From contig JBBQUR010000003.1 in the NCBI GenBank assembly GCA_038212275.1, forward strand, positions 32,001 to 96,000: a stretch of 64,000 bases of DNA, in the 5' to 3' direction. The position numbers were made by a program, and so were the translations under genes. The notes under the pieces were generated by a model that saw only the letters and a list, made by a program, of their open reading frames with translations, was not told the origin of the DNA and did not search any database. Below, piece after piece: positions 26,920-36,934 of the stretch (its first letter is position 1; each line of letters begins with the position of its first letter). This DNA comes from Planctomycetota bacterium. Its GTDB lineage: Bacteria; Planctomycetota; B15-G4.

Positions 26920-28232
26920 CGATCACCGCAGACGAGCGCACCCCCGGGCCTGAGAAGCAAGGCGGTGCGGGGGCGGCGCCTGCCGCGGCCAGGCCGGCCG
27001 AACTGGCCGCCATCCACGACTTCGCGTCCAAGCTGCTCCAGCCGTCGCTCATCGGGCGCCTCAAGGAGTACGTGAACTGGCGCGTCGCGCTGCGGCGCGC
27101 GGAGGCGGACGGGCTGGGCATCCCCGAGGCGCTGGCGGCGCTGGACGACGTGCCCGTCTCCATCAACCTGGACCTGACCACGGCCTGCAACTACGCGTGC
27201 GATCACTGCGTGGACATGGAGATCCTCAACACCGGCAAGCGCTACGACCACGACAAGCTGCTGTCGAGTCTCGAGCAGCTCGCGCGGCGCGGCCTGAAAT
27301 CCGTCATCGTGATCGGCGGCGGCGAGCCGACGACCTATCCGCAGTTCACCGAGGTCATGCGCGCCATGAAGGGCCTGGGGCTGCGCCTCGGGCTGGTGAC
27401 CAACGGCACCGGCATGGCCAAGGTGGCGGAGATCGCGGATTGCCTCGACGGCAGCGACTGGGTGCGGCTCTCGCTCGACTCCGGCAGCGACGCGACCTTC
27501 CAGGCGATGCACAAGCCGCGCAAGCCGATCACGCTGGACGAGATCTGCGCCGGCATCCCGCCCGTGAAGGCCATCAACCGCGCGACGAAGATCGGCTTCT
27601 CCTACATCATCGTGTGGAAGGGCTGCGAGGCGAACGACACCGCCATCGTGGAGAACGTGCACGAGATGGCGCAGGCCGCGGAGCGCGCGCGCCGCTCCGG
27701 CTTCGACTACATCTCCTTCAAGCCCTTCCTCGTGCGCGCGGACGAAAACAATGCGGAGATCGTGGACCTCTCGCAGTCCTCCGGCCGCGTCACCGACGTG
27801 ATGGGCGCCATCCGCCAGCAGCTCGAGCTGGCGAAGCTGCACGAGTCGCCGACCTTCAAGGTGGTGGAGAGCACCAATCTTCGCGTGCTGGCCAACAACA
27901 GCTATCGCAACTACACGCGCCAGCCCCAGCAGTGCCACATGACGGTGTTCCGCCAGGTGCTGTCGCCGCTGGGCCTCTACAACTGCCCGGTCTACCGGCA
28001 CGTGCCGCAGGCCATGCTGGGCGACAAGCACGCCTACGCGACGGAGGCCTCGCTGGCCGCCACGCAGCTCGCCACGGCGAAGCTCGTGGACCGCTTCGAC
28101 GCGAGCCACGAATGCCGCGAGGTCACCTGCCTCTACAACTCCGCCAACTGGTTCATCGAAGACCTCATCCGGCATCCGGAAAAGCTCGATGACCTGCTGC
28201 CCGGCGAGGAGCGCCACGACTACTTCCTGTAG
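26916..28232 (+). CDS. Radical SAM protein with C-terminal Cys cluster
   Basis: CNYACDHC, IGGGEPT, LVTNG, WVRLSLD; C-terminal CHM...NCP...CREVTC; ATGA overlap with the upstream gene. Confidence 0.92.
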   Translation: MTITADERTPGPEKQGGAGAAPAAARPAELAAIHDFASKLLQPSLIGRLKEYVNWRVALRRAEADGLGIPEALAALDDVPVSINLDLTTACNYACDHCVDMEILNTGKRYDHDKLLSSLEQLARRGLKSVIVIGGGEPTTYPQFTEVMRAMKGLGLRLGLVTNGTGMAKVAEIADCLDGSDWVRLSLDSGSDATFQAMHKPRKPITLDEICAGIPPVKAINRATKIGFSYIIVWKGCEANDTAIVENVHEMAQAAERARRSGFDYISFKPFLVRADENNAEIVDLSQSSGRVTDVMGAIRQQLELAKLHESPTFKVVESTNLRVLANNSYRNYTRQPQQCHMTVFRQVLSPLGLYNCPVYRHVPQAMLGDKHAYATEASLAATQLATAKLVDRFDASHECREVTCLYNSANWFIEDLIRHPEKLDDLLPGEERHDYFL

Positions 28233-28241
28233 GCGACGGGC

Positions 28242-29384
28242 GTGAAGGTCCTGCACATCAACACCGAGCGCACGTGGCGCGGCGGCGAGCAGCAGGTCCT
28301 GTATCTCATGCGTGGACTGCGTGCGGCGGGCGTGGAGCAGGAGCTGCTCGCGGTGCCCGGGTCCATCATCCTGCGGCGCGCGCAGGCGGACGGCCTGCCG
28401 GCGACGGCGCAGCGCATGCGCGGCGAGGTGGACCTGCCCGCCGCGCGCTCGATCGCGGCGCGCCTGCGTGCCGGGCACTTCGACGTCGTGCACATGCACA
28501 CCTCGCACGCGCACACCCTGGGCGTGCTCGCCGCGCGGCTTGCGGGGCGTCGCCGGCGCGGCGAGCGGCCGGTGACCGTCGTCTCGCGGCGCGTGGACTT
28601 CTCCATTCACAAGCGGCGGCTGCTCGACTTCTCGCGGCTCAAGTACACCTGGGGCGTGGACCGCATCGTGTGCGTGTCGGAGATGATCCGGCGCGTGCTC
28701 CTCGCGGACGGCCTGCCCGAGGCCTCGCTCGCGGTCGTGCACTCCGGCGTGGACCTGGCGCGCTTTGCCGGCGTCGTGGACCGCAGCGCGGACTATCGGC
28801 GCGAGTTCGGCGTGCCGGCCGGTGTGCCGGTCATCGGCAACGTCGCACACTGCGCGGCGCACAAGGGGCAGCGCGACCTGCTCGATGCGGCGCCCGCGGT
28901 GCTGCGCAGACATCCCGAGGCGCGTGTCGTCATCGTCGGCGAGGGCGAACTGCTGCCGGCGCTCAAGGAGCAGGCGCAGCAGCTCGGCATCGCGGACCGC
29001 GTGCTCTTCCCGGGCTTCCGCACCGACGTGCCGTCGCTGCTGCTCTGGTTCGACGTGTTCTGCTTCCCGAGCCGCCAGGAGGGTCTGGGAACCTCCGTGC
29101 TCGACGCGCTGGCGATGGCGCGCCCGGTGCTCGCCACCGCCGCGGGCGGCATCCCCGAGATGATCCGCGGCGGCGAGCACGGCTTGCTCGTCGCGCCGGC
29201 TGATCCCGCCGCGCTGGCGGACTCGCTTCTCTGGCTGCTGGAGCACCGCGAACAGGCAGCCGCGCTGGGACGGGCCGGCCGGCTCCGCGTGCAGCAGGAG
29301 TTCAGCATGGGGCACACGGTGGCCGGCACGCTGGCGCAGTATGAGGAGCTGCTGTGCGCGGCGGCCCCCGGCGCGCGGCGGTAG
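28242..29384 (+). CDS. Family 4 (GT-B) glycosyltransferase
   Basis: WRGGEQQ, DVVH.H, HKG..DLL.A, FPGFR.DV, PS..EGLG.SVL.A.A..PV.AT..GG.PE. Confidence 0.93.
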   Translation: MKVLHINTERTWRGGEQQVLYLMRGLRAAGVEQELLAVPGSIILRRAQADGLPATAQRMRGEVDLPAARSIAARLRAGHFDVVHMHTSHAHTLGVLAARLAGRRRRGERPVTVVSRRVDFSIHKRRLLDFSRLKYTWGVDRIVCVSEMIRRVLLADGLPEASLAVVHSGVDLARFAGVVDRSADYRREFGVPAGVPVIGNVAHCAAHKGQRDLLDAAPAVLRRHPEARVVIVGEGELLPALKEQAQQLGIADRVLFPGFRTDVPSLLLWFDVFCFPSRQEGLGTSVLDALAMARPVLATAAGGIPEMIRGGEHGLLVAPADPAALADSLLWLLEHREQAAALGRAGRLRVQQEFSMGHTVAGTLAQYEELLCAAAPGARR

Positions 29385-29523
29385 GGAGGCCCCGATCGCA
29401 CGGCGGACACGGGGGTGTCACGGATCCTGAACCGGTCTCCCCGCCGGGGCAGGCCCGCGTGCCCTATCCTCCGGTGCGGCAGTTCGTGGCAACGCAGGCG
29501 CGGATCGAGAGCAGGAGGGGAAC

Positions 29524-31788
29524 TTGGGAGTCTTCTTGATACCGATCGTCTGCGTCGCGTTGCTCGGAACGATCGGCTGGGCGCTGTTCAAGCTCATGCG
29601 GATGCCCGACAGCTCCCGCATCGACGAGATGAATGCGTCGATCGACGCGTTGCGGGAGCGTGTCGCGATGCTGGAGCGCCAGCCCGGCACGCAGCGCGCC
29701 GGCGCCGTGCATCCCACCGGCGCCGCGCAGCCCACCGGCGGCATGCAGCCGACGCATGCGAGCATGACCGAGCAGCCGCACCTCGCGCCCATGCTGCCTG
29801 CGGATGCGCCGACGTCGCCGCCATCACGGATGCCTGCACCGGCCGGCGTCGCGCGGCCGGCGCCGGCGCGTCGGGATGTCTCTCTCGAGACCTTCCTCGG
29901 CGGCCGCGTGATGCTCGTCGCCGGCGTGATCGTCGGCTTGTTCGGCATCGCGTTCTTCCTGAAGTACGCGATCGAGCACGGCTGGATCGGGCCCGCGCTG
30001 CGCGTGGCGATGGGCGCGCTGGCCGGCGTGGCGTTGCTCGTCGGCGGCGACAGACTCCGCCGGCGCGGCTACGACCCGTTCGGCCAGGCGCTCATGGGCT
30101 GCGGGCTCGGGGCCGTGTACCTGTCGAACTACTTCGCGAGCACGAGGTACGGCCTCGTCGGCCAGAGCGGCGCGTTTCTTGCCGCGGCTGCGATCACCGC
30201 CGCCGGCGCAGCCCTTGCGGTGATCCGCAGCGCTCCGGCGCTCGCCTTCCTCGGCTTTCTCGGCGGCTACCTCGCACCGGCGCTGCTCGCGACGTCGAGC
30301 GGCGAACTCGGCGGGCTGACCGGCTGGCTGCTCGTCATCGATGCGGGCGTGCTCGTCGTGCTCATGCTCCGGGCCTGGAAGGGCCTCGACCTGCTGGCGC
30401 TCCTCGCGACGCTTCTCTACTTCATCGGGTGGTTCGACGCTTCCGGCGGGAGCGGCGACGCGCTCGGAGATTCCGGATATCTCGCAGCGCTCGTCGCGGC
30501 CTCGCTGCTGCTCTCCCTGCTGCCGCCGATCGTCCGACGCGAGGCGCCGGGGCTCCCGTCGCTGGCAGGCGCAGCGGGCACAGGCCTGTTCGGCATGCTC
30601 GCGGGGCATGCGCTGCTTTTCCCGACATGGCGCACGGGGCTCGGCGCCGCGGCCCTCGTGCTGGGAGCGGTGTACGTCGTCGCGTCGAGACTCCTGGCCG
30701 CGCGCGTCCCCGCGGCGCGCGATGCGTCGGAGAGCCTGCTCGGTCTGGCGGTCGCGGCACTCGCCACGGCGATCGGCATTGCGCTGACCGGCAACGCCGT
30801 CTCGCTGGCACTCTCGGCGACGGGCGTGGCCGTCGTCTTCGCCGGCACGCGGACGCGCCAGCGAGTCCTTCTTGCGGGGGGCATCGGGCTGATCACCCTC
30901 GCGTTCGGCGACCTGATGCTTCGCCGGCTCGGGATGTTCTCGTCGGTCGAGACGCCGTTCCTCAACGAGCGCTTCGTGGTCTTCGCGTGCCCGTGCGTCG
31001 CGCTGCTCGTCTGCGGCCGGCTGCTGTCACGCACCAGGGATCTGGTCCCGGAGGGCTCGGTGCTCGTGTCGGCGGCCGGCCTGTGGGCGCTGCCCCTCGT
31101 CGTCTGCGCCGACATGATGTGTGGTGTCCGCCTCGACGAGGTCGCCGGGTTCGAGCATCGGCTTGCTGCGACGACGGTGGTGCTCGCCTTGTATGGCGCG
31201 GTCGTCGCGAGGCTCATCGGCGCCGGACGCGACGCGTCCTGGCGCGTCGCCGCGGCCGGGCCGATCGCCATGGCGATGCTCTTCGGCGTGTGGCTCGTCC
31301 TCGCCGGACATCGCATGCCCTTCGTGCCCGGATGGAACCTGAGCTTCGGGGCGGGTCTCGTGCTCGTCGTCGCGAGCCTTGCCGCCGCGGCAAGCGTGGC
31401 ACCCGCGGCGCGCGAGGCACTCCATGTGCTGCCGCTCCTCTATCTGTTCGCGCTGATCACCGCGGAAATCCACGCGTGGGGCGTGCAGCGGCCGCTTTCG
31501 GACTTCACGCGTCAGGAGGCGCAGTTCACTGCGGTGGTGTGGATCTCGATCGCGTGGGCTCTCTACGCCTCGGCGCTCGTCGCCGCCGGCTTCTGGAAGC
31601 GGCGCGCCGGGCTGCGCTGGCTGGGGCTCGCCGTGTTCGCGCTCACGACCGGCAAAGTGTTCTTCTTCGACCTGGCGCGGCTGCAGCCCGTCTACCGCAT
31701 CGGCAGCTTCCTGGCGCTCGGCGCGCTGCTCGTGGCGGCGTCCTTCCTCTACCAGCGCGCGCGACGGAGCGACGAACTCTCTGCGTGA
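29524..31788 (+). CDS. DUF2339-family multi-pass membrane protein
   Basis: AGGAG plus TTG start; LE..LG.R....G......FFLKYA...GW.GP..R; C-terminal KVF.FDL..L....RI.SF..LG. Confidence 0.88.
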   Translation: MGVFLIPIVCVALLGTIGWALFKLMRMPDSSRIDEMNASIDALRERVAMLERQPGTQRAGAVHPTGAAQPTGGMQPTHASMTEQPHLAPMLPADAPTSPPSRMPAPAGVARPAPARRDVSLETFLGGRVMLVAGVIVGLFGIAFFLKYAIEHGWIGPALRVAMGALAGVALLVGGDRLRRRGYDPFGQALMGCGLGAVYLSNYFASTRYGLVGQSGAFLAAAAITAAGAALAVIRSAPALAFLGFLGGYLAPALLATSSGELGGLTGWLLVIDAGVLVVLMLRAWKGLDLLALLATLLYFIGWFDASGGSGDALGDSGYLAALVAASLLLSLLPPIVRREAPGLPSLAGAAGTGLFGMLAGHALLFPTWRTGLGAAALVLGAVYVVASRLLAARVPAARDASESLLGLAVAALATAIGIALTGNAVSLALSATGVAVVFAGTRTRQRVLLAGGIGLITLAFGDLMLRRLGMFSSVETPFLNERFVVFACPCVALLVCGRLLSRTRDLVPEGSVLVSAAGLWALPLVVCADMMCGVRLDEVAGFEHRLAATTVVLALYGAVVARLIGAGRDASWRVAAAGPIAMAMLFGVWLVLAGHRMPFVPGWNLSFGAGLVLVVASLAAAASVAPAAREALHVLPLLYLFALITAEIHAWGVQRPLSDFTRQEAQFTAVVWISIAWALYASALVAAGFWKRRAGLRWLGLAVFALTTGKVFFFDLARLQPVYRIGSFLALGALLVAASFLYQRARRSDELSA

Positions 31789-31840
31789 CGGTGCGTGACG
31801 GTGACAGTCCGCGACGAGACGAGGCGCCGGGGGCGCGCGC

Positions 31841-32281
31841 TCAGGCGTCGAAGGCCACGCCGGCGAAGTTGATGTCGAGCATGCCGGCCTTGAGGCATTC
31901 GTCGACGACCTTCACCACGTGCGAATAGTTGATGCCGACTCCCGGGTGTAGTGAGGCTTTCATCTCGGGGCTCAGGCGCATCAGTTCGGTCAGGCGGGCA
32001 CGCAGCGTGGTCAGGCTGGGAATCCTGGACCCGTTCAGTGCGATGGAGAATCCGTCGCTTTTCCCCGCGTCGGCGAAGAGCTCGATCTCGGCCCTGAGCA
32101 GATTCACTGGATCGGTCGCGAGTCTGCCGCCCGTGTCCTTGGGGAGCTGCGTCTCGAGCTTGCCCTCGAGCGCCTTGAAGCTGATGGTGGTCAGAAAGAA
32201 AATGATGAGCTGGAACACGACATCGATCATCGGTGTCATGTCGGTTTCGACCGCGCCCAGCAGGTGTCGTTTGCTGCTCAT
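31841..32281 (-). CDS. exbD: Biopolymer transporter ExbD/TolR
   Basis: DMTPMIDVVFQLIIFFL TM motif; Y..VV.V.D.C..AG...I.F; ATG 32281. Confidence 0.85.
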   Translation of the reverse strand: MSSKRHLLGAVETDMTPMIDVVFQLIIFFLTTISFKALEGKLETQLPKDTGGRLATDPVNLLRAEIELFADAGKSDGFSIALNGSRIPSLTTLRARLTELMRLSPEMKASLHPGVGINYSHVVKVVDECLKAGMLDINFAGVAFDA

Positions 32282-32444
32282 GCTTGCCGAAGCTCCGCAG
32301 GCTGGCCGGCCGAGGGATGGCTCCTGCTGAGGAGGATGCCCATCCAGTCGCCAAGGCGCAGCGGTTATCGAACGCGCTCGCCACGCGCTCGCCAAAGGTA
32401 GGGAGGTCGGCGCACAGAGCAACGCGGGAGCATCGCACTCGTCG

Positions 32445-32499
32445 TGAATCCACGCTGCATCCACGCTGCATTCACGCTGAATCGGCGCTGAATCGACCC
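32445..32499. repeat. Degenerate 11-bp tandem repeat TG(A/C)ATCCACGC x5
   Basis: tgaatccacgc tgcatccacgc tgcattcacgc tgaatcggcgc tgaatcgaccc in the divergent intergenic region. Confidence 0.8.
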
Positions 32500-32687
32500 T
32501 GCGGTGGCTCGGCGCAGGCGCTGCGGCTGCTCGCGGGCGGTGCCGCGGTGGCCCGCTCGCCTGACCTCATGCCGTCGCCCGGCACCAGGTGGAGGGCAGG
32601 CGCGACGTGCATGCGCCGCCGTGGCTCTCTAACATGTCGGCCGCCGTGCTTCGGGTGCGCGGTGTCCCCTTGAGTCTGGAGTCCTGC

Positions 32688-34841
32688 GTGAAGCCGCTTG
32701 CCCTCGTCCTGCTTGCCCTGTCGATCGTGCCCGCCTGCGCGTCCTCGCCGGCCACTCCCGCCCGCCCCGCAGAAGGCAAGCGCGCGATGGAGATCGCGGA
32801 CTTCTACCGCTGCGCGACGCTGGGCGCGCCCGCGCTCTCGCCGGACGGCCGCCTCGTCGCCTTCAGCGTGAAGCACTACGAACTCGAGGCGGGCACGACG
32901 TGGTCCGAACTCTGGCTCATGGACGCCGATGGTTCCGACCTGCGCCAGCTGACGAGCGGCATGAGCAGCGACACGGACCCGGTCTTCTCGCCCGACGGCA
33001 GCAGGCTGCTCTTCTCGTCGTCGCGCGACGGTGGCGGCCAGCTCTGGACGCTGCCCGTCGCGGGCGGTGAGCCGACGAAGCTCACCGATTGGAGCCCCGG
33101 CCTTGGCAGCGCCACGTGGTCGCCCGACGGCCGTTGGATCGCCGCGACGAGCGACCTCTTCCCCGAGTGCGGCATCGACCTCGCGTGCAACCAGCGGCAG
33201 GCGGACGGCCTGGAGAACGGCAAGCTCAAGGTGCACGTCGCCGACGACCTGTACTACCGCCATTGGACGGCCTGGGCCGACGGCCGCCGCACGCACATCC
33301 TGTTGATCGACGCGCGCACCGGGAAGGTGACGAAGGACATGACGCCCGGCGACTTCGAGAGCCCGACCTTCTCGCTCGGCGGCCGCGGCTTCGCGTTCTC
33401 GCCCGACAGCAAGGAGCTCTGCTACCTCAGCAACCACGACGCGGACGAGGCGTCCTCGACCAACACCGACCTCTGGGTCGTGCCCGTCGATGGCGAGATC
33501 ACGCCGACCACGGCGAAGAACATCACCGCGGCGAACAAGGGCTACGACACCGCGCCGCTGTACTCGCCCGACGGCCGCTTCATCGCCTACATCAGCCAGG
33601 AAACGCCCGGCTACGAATCCGATCTGAAGCGCCTCGCGGTTTACGACCGCAGCGCGAAGACGACGCGCTACCTCACGGATCGCAGCAGCTTCGACAACTG
33701 GATCGACGACATGCGCTGGAGCGCGGACAGCCGCACGCTGGTCTTCGAGGCGCAGAACCAGGGCCGCAACCCGCTCTACCGCATTCCCGTCGCGGGCGGT
33801 GCGGCCGTCGAGGTGCTGCGTGACGCGTCCATCAGCGGCTGGGAGCTCAGCGACGGCGGCAACGGCGTCGTGTACACGCGCCGCTCGATCTCGCAGCCCA
33901 CCGAGGTCTTCTCCGCGAGCCTCGTGGCGTCCGACCGGCGGCAGCTGACGACGCTCAATGCAGCGATCGAGGCCGAGGTCGACTTCCGTCCCGCCGAGGA
34001 ACTCTGGTTCGAGGGCGACGGCAACTACAAGGTGCACTGCTTCCTCGTCAAGCCGCACGGCTTCGATCCCTCGAAGAAGTATCCGCTCATCCTCAACGTG
34101 CACGGCGGCCCGCAGTCACAGTGGGCCGATTCCTTCCGCGGAGACTGGCAGGTCTATCCCGCGAAAGGCTACGTCGTCGCCTTCTGCAACCCGACGGGCT
34201 CGACCGGCTACGGCCAGGATCTCACCGACGGCATCACGGGCGACTGGGGCGGCCGCGTCTACCGCGACCTCATGAAGGTGACGGACGGACTCGAGCAGCT
34301 TCCCTACGTCGACAAGGATCGCATGGGCGTCATGGGCTGGAGCTACGGCGGCTACATGACCATGTGGATGCAGGGCCACACGACGCGCTTCCAGTGCATC
34401 GCGTCGATGATGGGCGTGTACGACCTCGAGGCGGAATACGGCGCCACGGAAGAGATGTGGTTTCCGGAGCACGACTTCCGCGGCAAGCCCTGGGACAGCG
34501 GCGACTACGAGACGTGGAGCGCGAGCAACCACGTGAAGGACTTCAAGACGCCGGCGCTCGTGATCACGGGTGAGCTCGACTATCGCGTGCCCTACACGCA
34601 GAGCCTGGCCTACTACACCGCGCTGCGGAAGATGGGCGTGCCCGCGCGCCTCGTCGTCTTCCCCAACGCCGGCCACTGGCCGAGCTGGTACGAGATGGCC
34701 TTCTACTACAACGCGCACCTCGACTTCTTCCAGAAGTACCTCGGCGGCGAGGCCGCGCCTTACGACGTCACCGAGCACGCTCGGAATCTCGCCATCGTGC
34801 CCGGCCAGTCGCCGGCTCACGCGGCGGGGCAGACGCACTGA
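32688..34841 (+). CDS. S9-family (prolyl oligopeptidase/acylaminoacyl peptidase) lipoprotein
   Basis: GGAG plus GTG 32688; lipobox IVPAC; SPDG propeller repeats; HGGPQ, GWSYGG, GELDYRVP, FPNAGHW. Confidence 0.93.
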   Translation: MKPLALVLLALSIVPACASSPATPARPAEGKRAMEIADFYRCATLGAPALSPDGRLVAFSVKHYELEAGTTWSELWLMDADGSDLRQLTSGMSSDTDPVFSPDGSRLLFSSSRDGGGQLWTLPVAGGEPTKLTDWSPGLGSATWSPDGRWIAATSDLFPECGIDLACNQRQADGLENGKLKVHVADDLYYRHWTAWADGRRTHILLIDARTGKVTKDMTPGDFESPTFSLGGRGFAFSPDSKELCYLSNHDADEASSTNTDLWVVPVDGEITPTTAKNITAANKGYDTAPLYSPDGRFIAYISQETPGYESDLKRLAVYDRSAKTTRYLTDRSSFDNWIDDMRWSADSRTLVFEAQNQGRNPLYRIPVAGGAAVEVLRDASISGWELSDGGNGVVYTRRSISQPTEVFSASLVASDRRQLTTLNAAIEAEVDFRPAEELWFEGDGNYKVHCFLVKPHGFDPSKKYPLILNVHGGPQSQWADSFRGDWQVYPAKGYVVAFCNPTGSTGYGQDLTDGITGDWGGRVYRDLMKVTDGLEQLPYVDKDRMGVMGWSYGGYMTMWMQGHTTRFQCIASMMGVYDLEAEYGATEEMWFPEHDFRGKPWDSGDYETWSASNHVKDFKTPALVITGELDYRVPYTQSLAYYTALRKMGVPARLVVFPNAGHWPSWYEMAFYYNAHLDFFQKYLGGEAAPYDVTEHARNLAIVPGQSPAHAAGQTH

Positions 34842-34905
34842 GCAGCAGGCGGTCGCGCCCGGCCCGCGAGCGCCGCATCCCGCGGCGGGCGGTCGAAGGG
34901 TCGGA

Positions 34906-35415
34906 TCAGGGCGCCGCGAGCTTGCCTGTCGCGGGGTCGAGCACGAGCGTGCGCGTGGCGTTGCCCTTGGCCACGGTCACGCTGCCGCCGGCCACCGGCA
35001 CACCCTGACCGTTGAAGATGCCGGCCGTGCCCGTCACGCCGAAGGATGCGGACTCGATGCGCACGCCGCGCGGCTGTTCGCTGCGCGTGAAGTCGACGGA
35101 GTATTCGCCGTGGGTGAGCGGGTCGCGGGCCGGCTGACCGTCCTGCGCCACGACGGCGAAGCGCTCCGTGTCCGGGTCGAAGACCACGCCGTGCGGCACG
35201 CCCAGCGAGTAGGCCAGCGTCTGCGCCGTGATGAAGGCGTCCTTCAGCTGGATCTCCGCCATGTCGAGCGCCGCCGCGCCGCCGTCCGCCGTCGCCGGAA
35301 TGCCCGCCACGGCGACGAGGGTGCCGAGCACGATGACGATCACGAGCAACTCGACGAGCGTGAAGCCACGTTGCCGGGTGCCGCCGTCTGCCGGGCGTGT
35401 GTGCATCGGTGCCAT
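34906..35415 (-). CDS. Prepilin-type protein, GspH/FimT-like
   Basis: RG|FTLVELLVIVIVLG; A...A......V.FD; FNGQG.P..GGSVT. Confidence 0.85.
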   Translation of the reverse strand: MAPMHTRPADGGTRQRGFTLVELLVIVIVLGTLVAVAGIPATADGGAAALDMAEIQLKDAFITAQTLAYSLGVPHGVVFDPDTERFAVVAQDGQPARDPLTHGEYSVDFTRSEQPRGVRIESASFGVTGTAGIFNGQGVPVAGGSVTVAKGNATRTLVLDPATGKLAAP

Positions 35416-35421
35416 GGACGT

Positions 35422-36419
35422 TCAGTCCTTCCAGTAGTCGGTGATGGGCGTCAGCGAGCCGGGCGATGCGGCGGCCGGCACGGTCGCGAGGAAGACGGCC
35501 TCGCTGGCCCCGCCGAGGTTCAGCGCGGGTGACCATTCCGGCGGCTTGCGATCGAAGCCCAGGCGATCGAGCAGCGTCGAGTTCGCCAGCGTGACCTGCA
35601 TGCCCAGCACGTGCCCCGAGAGGGCGCCCTTCTGCAGCAGCGACACGGAGTGCGCCACGACGTCGCCGTGAATCTGGATGCGCGCGCCCGCGGCGCCGCT
35701 GTTCACGCTGCCCTCGGGCATCAGGATCGCCAGTCCTGGCAGCGCACTCGGCGGATCGATGCGCAAGTTGCCGTCCACCAGCAGCCGCGGCGCGGTCGCT
35801 GCGTCGTAGTTTCCGTAGACCGCCTGATCGAGGACCGACGCGGACATCACGGCGCCGTGCAGCACCACGTCGGCGAGCTGGAGCTCGACGCCGGGGCTGA
35901 TCACCAGCAGGCCCGTGATCTCGGCGTGCTCGATGCGCTGCGACGCCGTGATCTGGTAGCGCGGCAGCGTGCCGTCGTAGAGCACGGCCTGCACCTTGGA
36001 GGCCGAGAGCGTCGGCAGCGATCCGGGCCCGGAGGGCACGGAGCTCGGGCTCTGTCTCAGGGCCAGTTCGGCCTTGCGCCGCGTCCGTCGCCGCCGAAGG
36101 ACTCGACGGACACGACCTGATGGCCGCTCGGCTTGGCGGTCACGGCGACCGTCGCCTCGACCTCGCCGACGGGAACGGTGCCCGCGACCGCGCCGTTGCC
36201 GGAGACGATCGACTGGCGCGCCCAGGCGATGCCCGACGAGGCGGCCTCGCGGGAAGCGAGCAGCGCCGGCGACGCCATGCCGCTGCGGCCCGCGACGATC
36301 ACGTGCCGGCCGAAGGTGGCGACGATGCCGGCCATGAAGGCCACCGCCAGCAGCACGGCGAACAGCGTGAAGCCCGCTGCTCCCGAACGTGTCCTCGGGC
36401 TCTTGCCGCGCGTGTTCAT
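35422..36419 (-). pseudogene. PilX/GspK-like minor pilin, frameshifted near 36075
   Basis: 5' part 36419-36057 (AG|FTLFAVLLAV, no Glu5) stops after DGRGARPNWP. A second frame continues KAELALRQSPSSVPSGPGSLPTL to the stop at 35422. Could be a sequencing error. Confidence 0.7.
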
Positions 36420-36934
36420 GGGTGCATCCACCAGGAGAAAGTCTTGACGAGTTCGTTGTCGTGCAGGACCGAGACGTCGAGCCGGTAGATCAGTGCCGAC
36501 TCGGCCGGCAGGCCCTGCGCCGGATCGTCGGCGGTCGGTGTCGACAGATCGTTCAGTGCGTAGATCGACAGCGCGACCGATTGCCGCCAGCCCGTGAAGC
36601 CGCTGGCCACGGTCCCGTCCGCAAGAATCGGCGGCGAGAAGCTCGCGTTCACGAGCGAGTCGAGCGCGACGACGGCCACGCCGCTGGTGGCGCCGGTCGT
36701 TCCCGAGGGCGTGCGCGGCAGGCCGTCGGCAAGCGTCTGGATCTCCTGCGCCAGGAAGGCCGCGGGCCCGGCATCCTGCGCGTATGCAGCCTTGGTGCGG
36801 GTCAGCGCCGACATCGACCACGTCGCGCCGACGAAGGCCGTGCCGATCACGAAGGCGGTGATCAGCAGCTTGGCCATCGTGAATCCGGCCTGGCGCGCCC
36901 GGAGGGCCGGCAGGTGCCTGGCTTGCGGTGTCAT
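36416..36934 (-). CDS. Minor pilin, PilV/GspI-like
   Basis: AG|FTMAKLLITAFVIG then A..LAQEI; ATGA overlaps on both sides. Confidence 0.72.
   Translation of the reverse strand: MTPQARHLPALRARQAGFTMAKLLITAFVIGTAFVGATWSMSALTRTKAAYAQDAGPAAFLAQEIQTLADGLPRTPSGTTGATSGVAVVALDSLVNASFSPPILADGTVASGFTGWRQSVALSIYALNDLSTPTADDPAQGLPAESALIYRLDVSVLHDNELVKTFSWWMHP

Noticed and set aside
19257..28232. Radical SAM enzymes as RiPP maturases
   Set aside because: No precursor peptide, PqqD/RRE domain or transporter nearby; both are coupled to glycosyltransferases.
25644..31788. tRNA-Gly as an integration site for a genomic island
   Set aside because: No integrase, no duplicated tRNA 3' end that I could find, and no obvious compositional shift.
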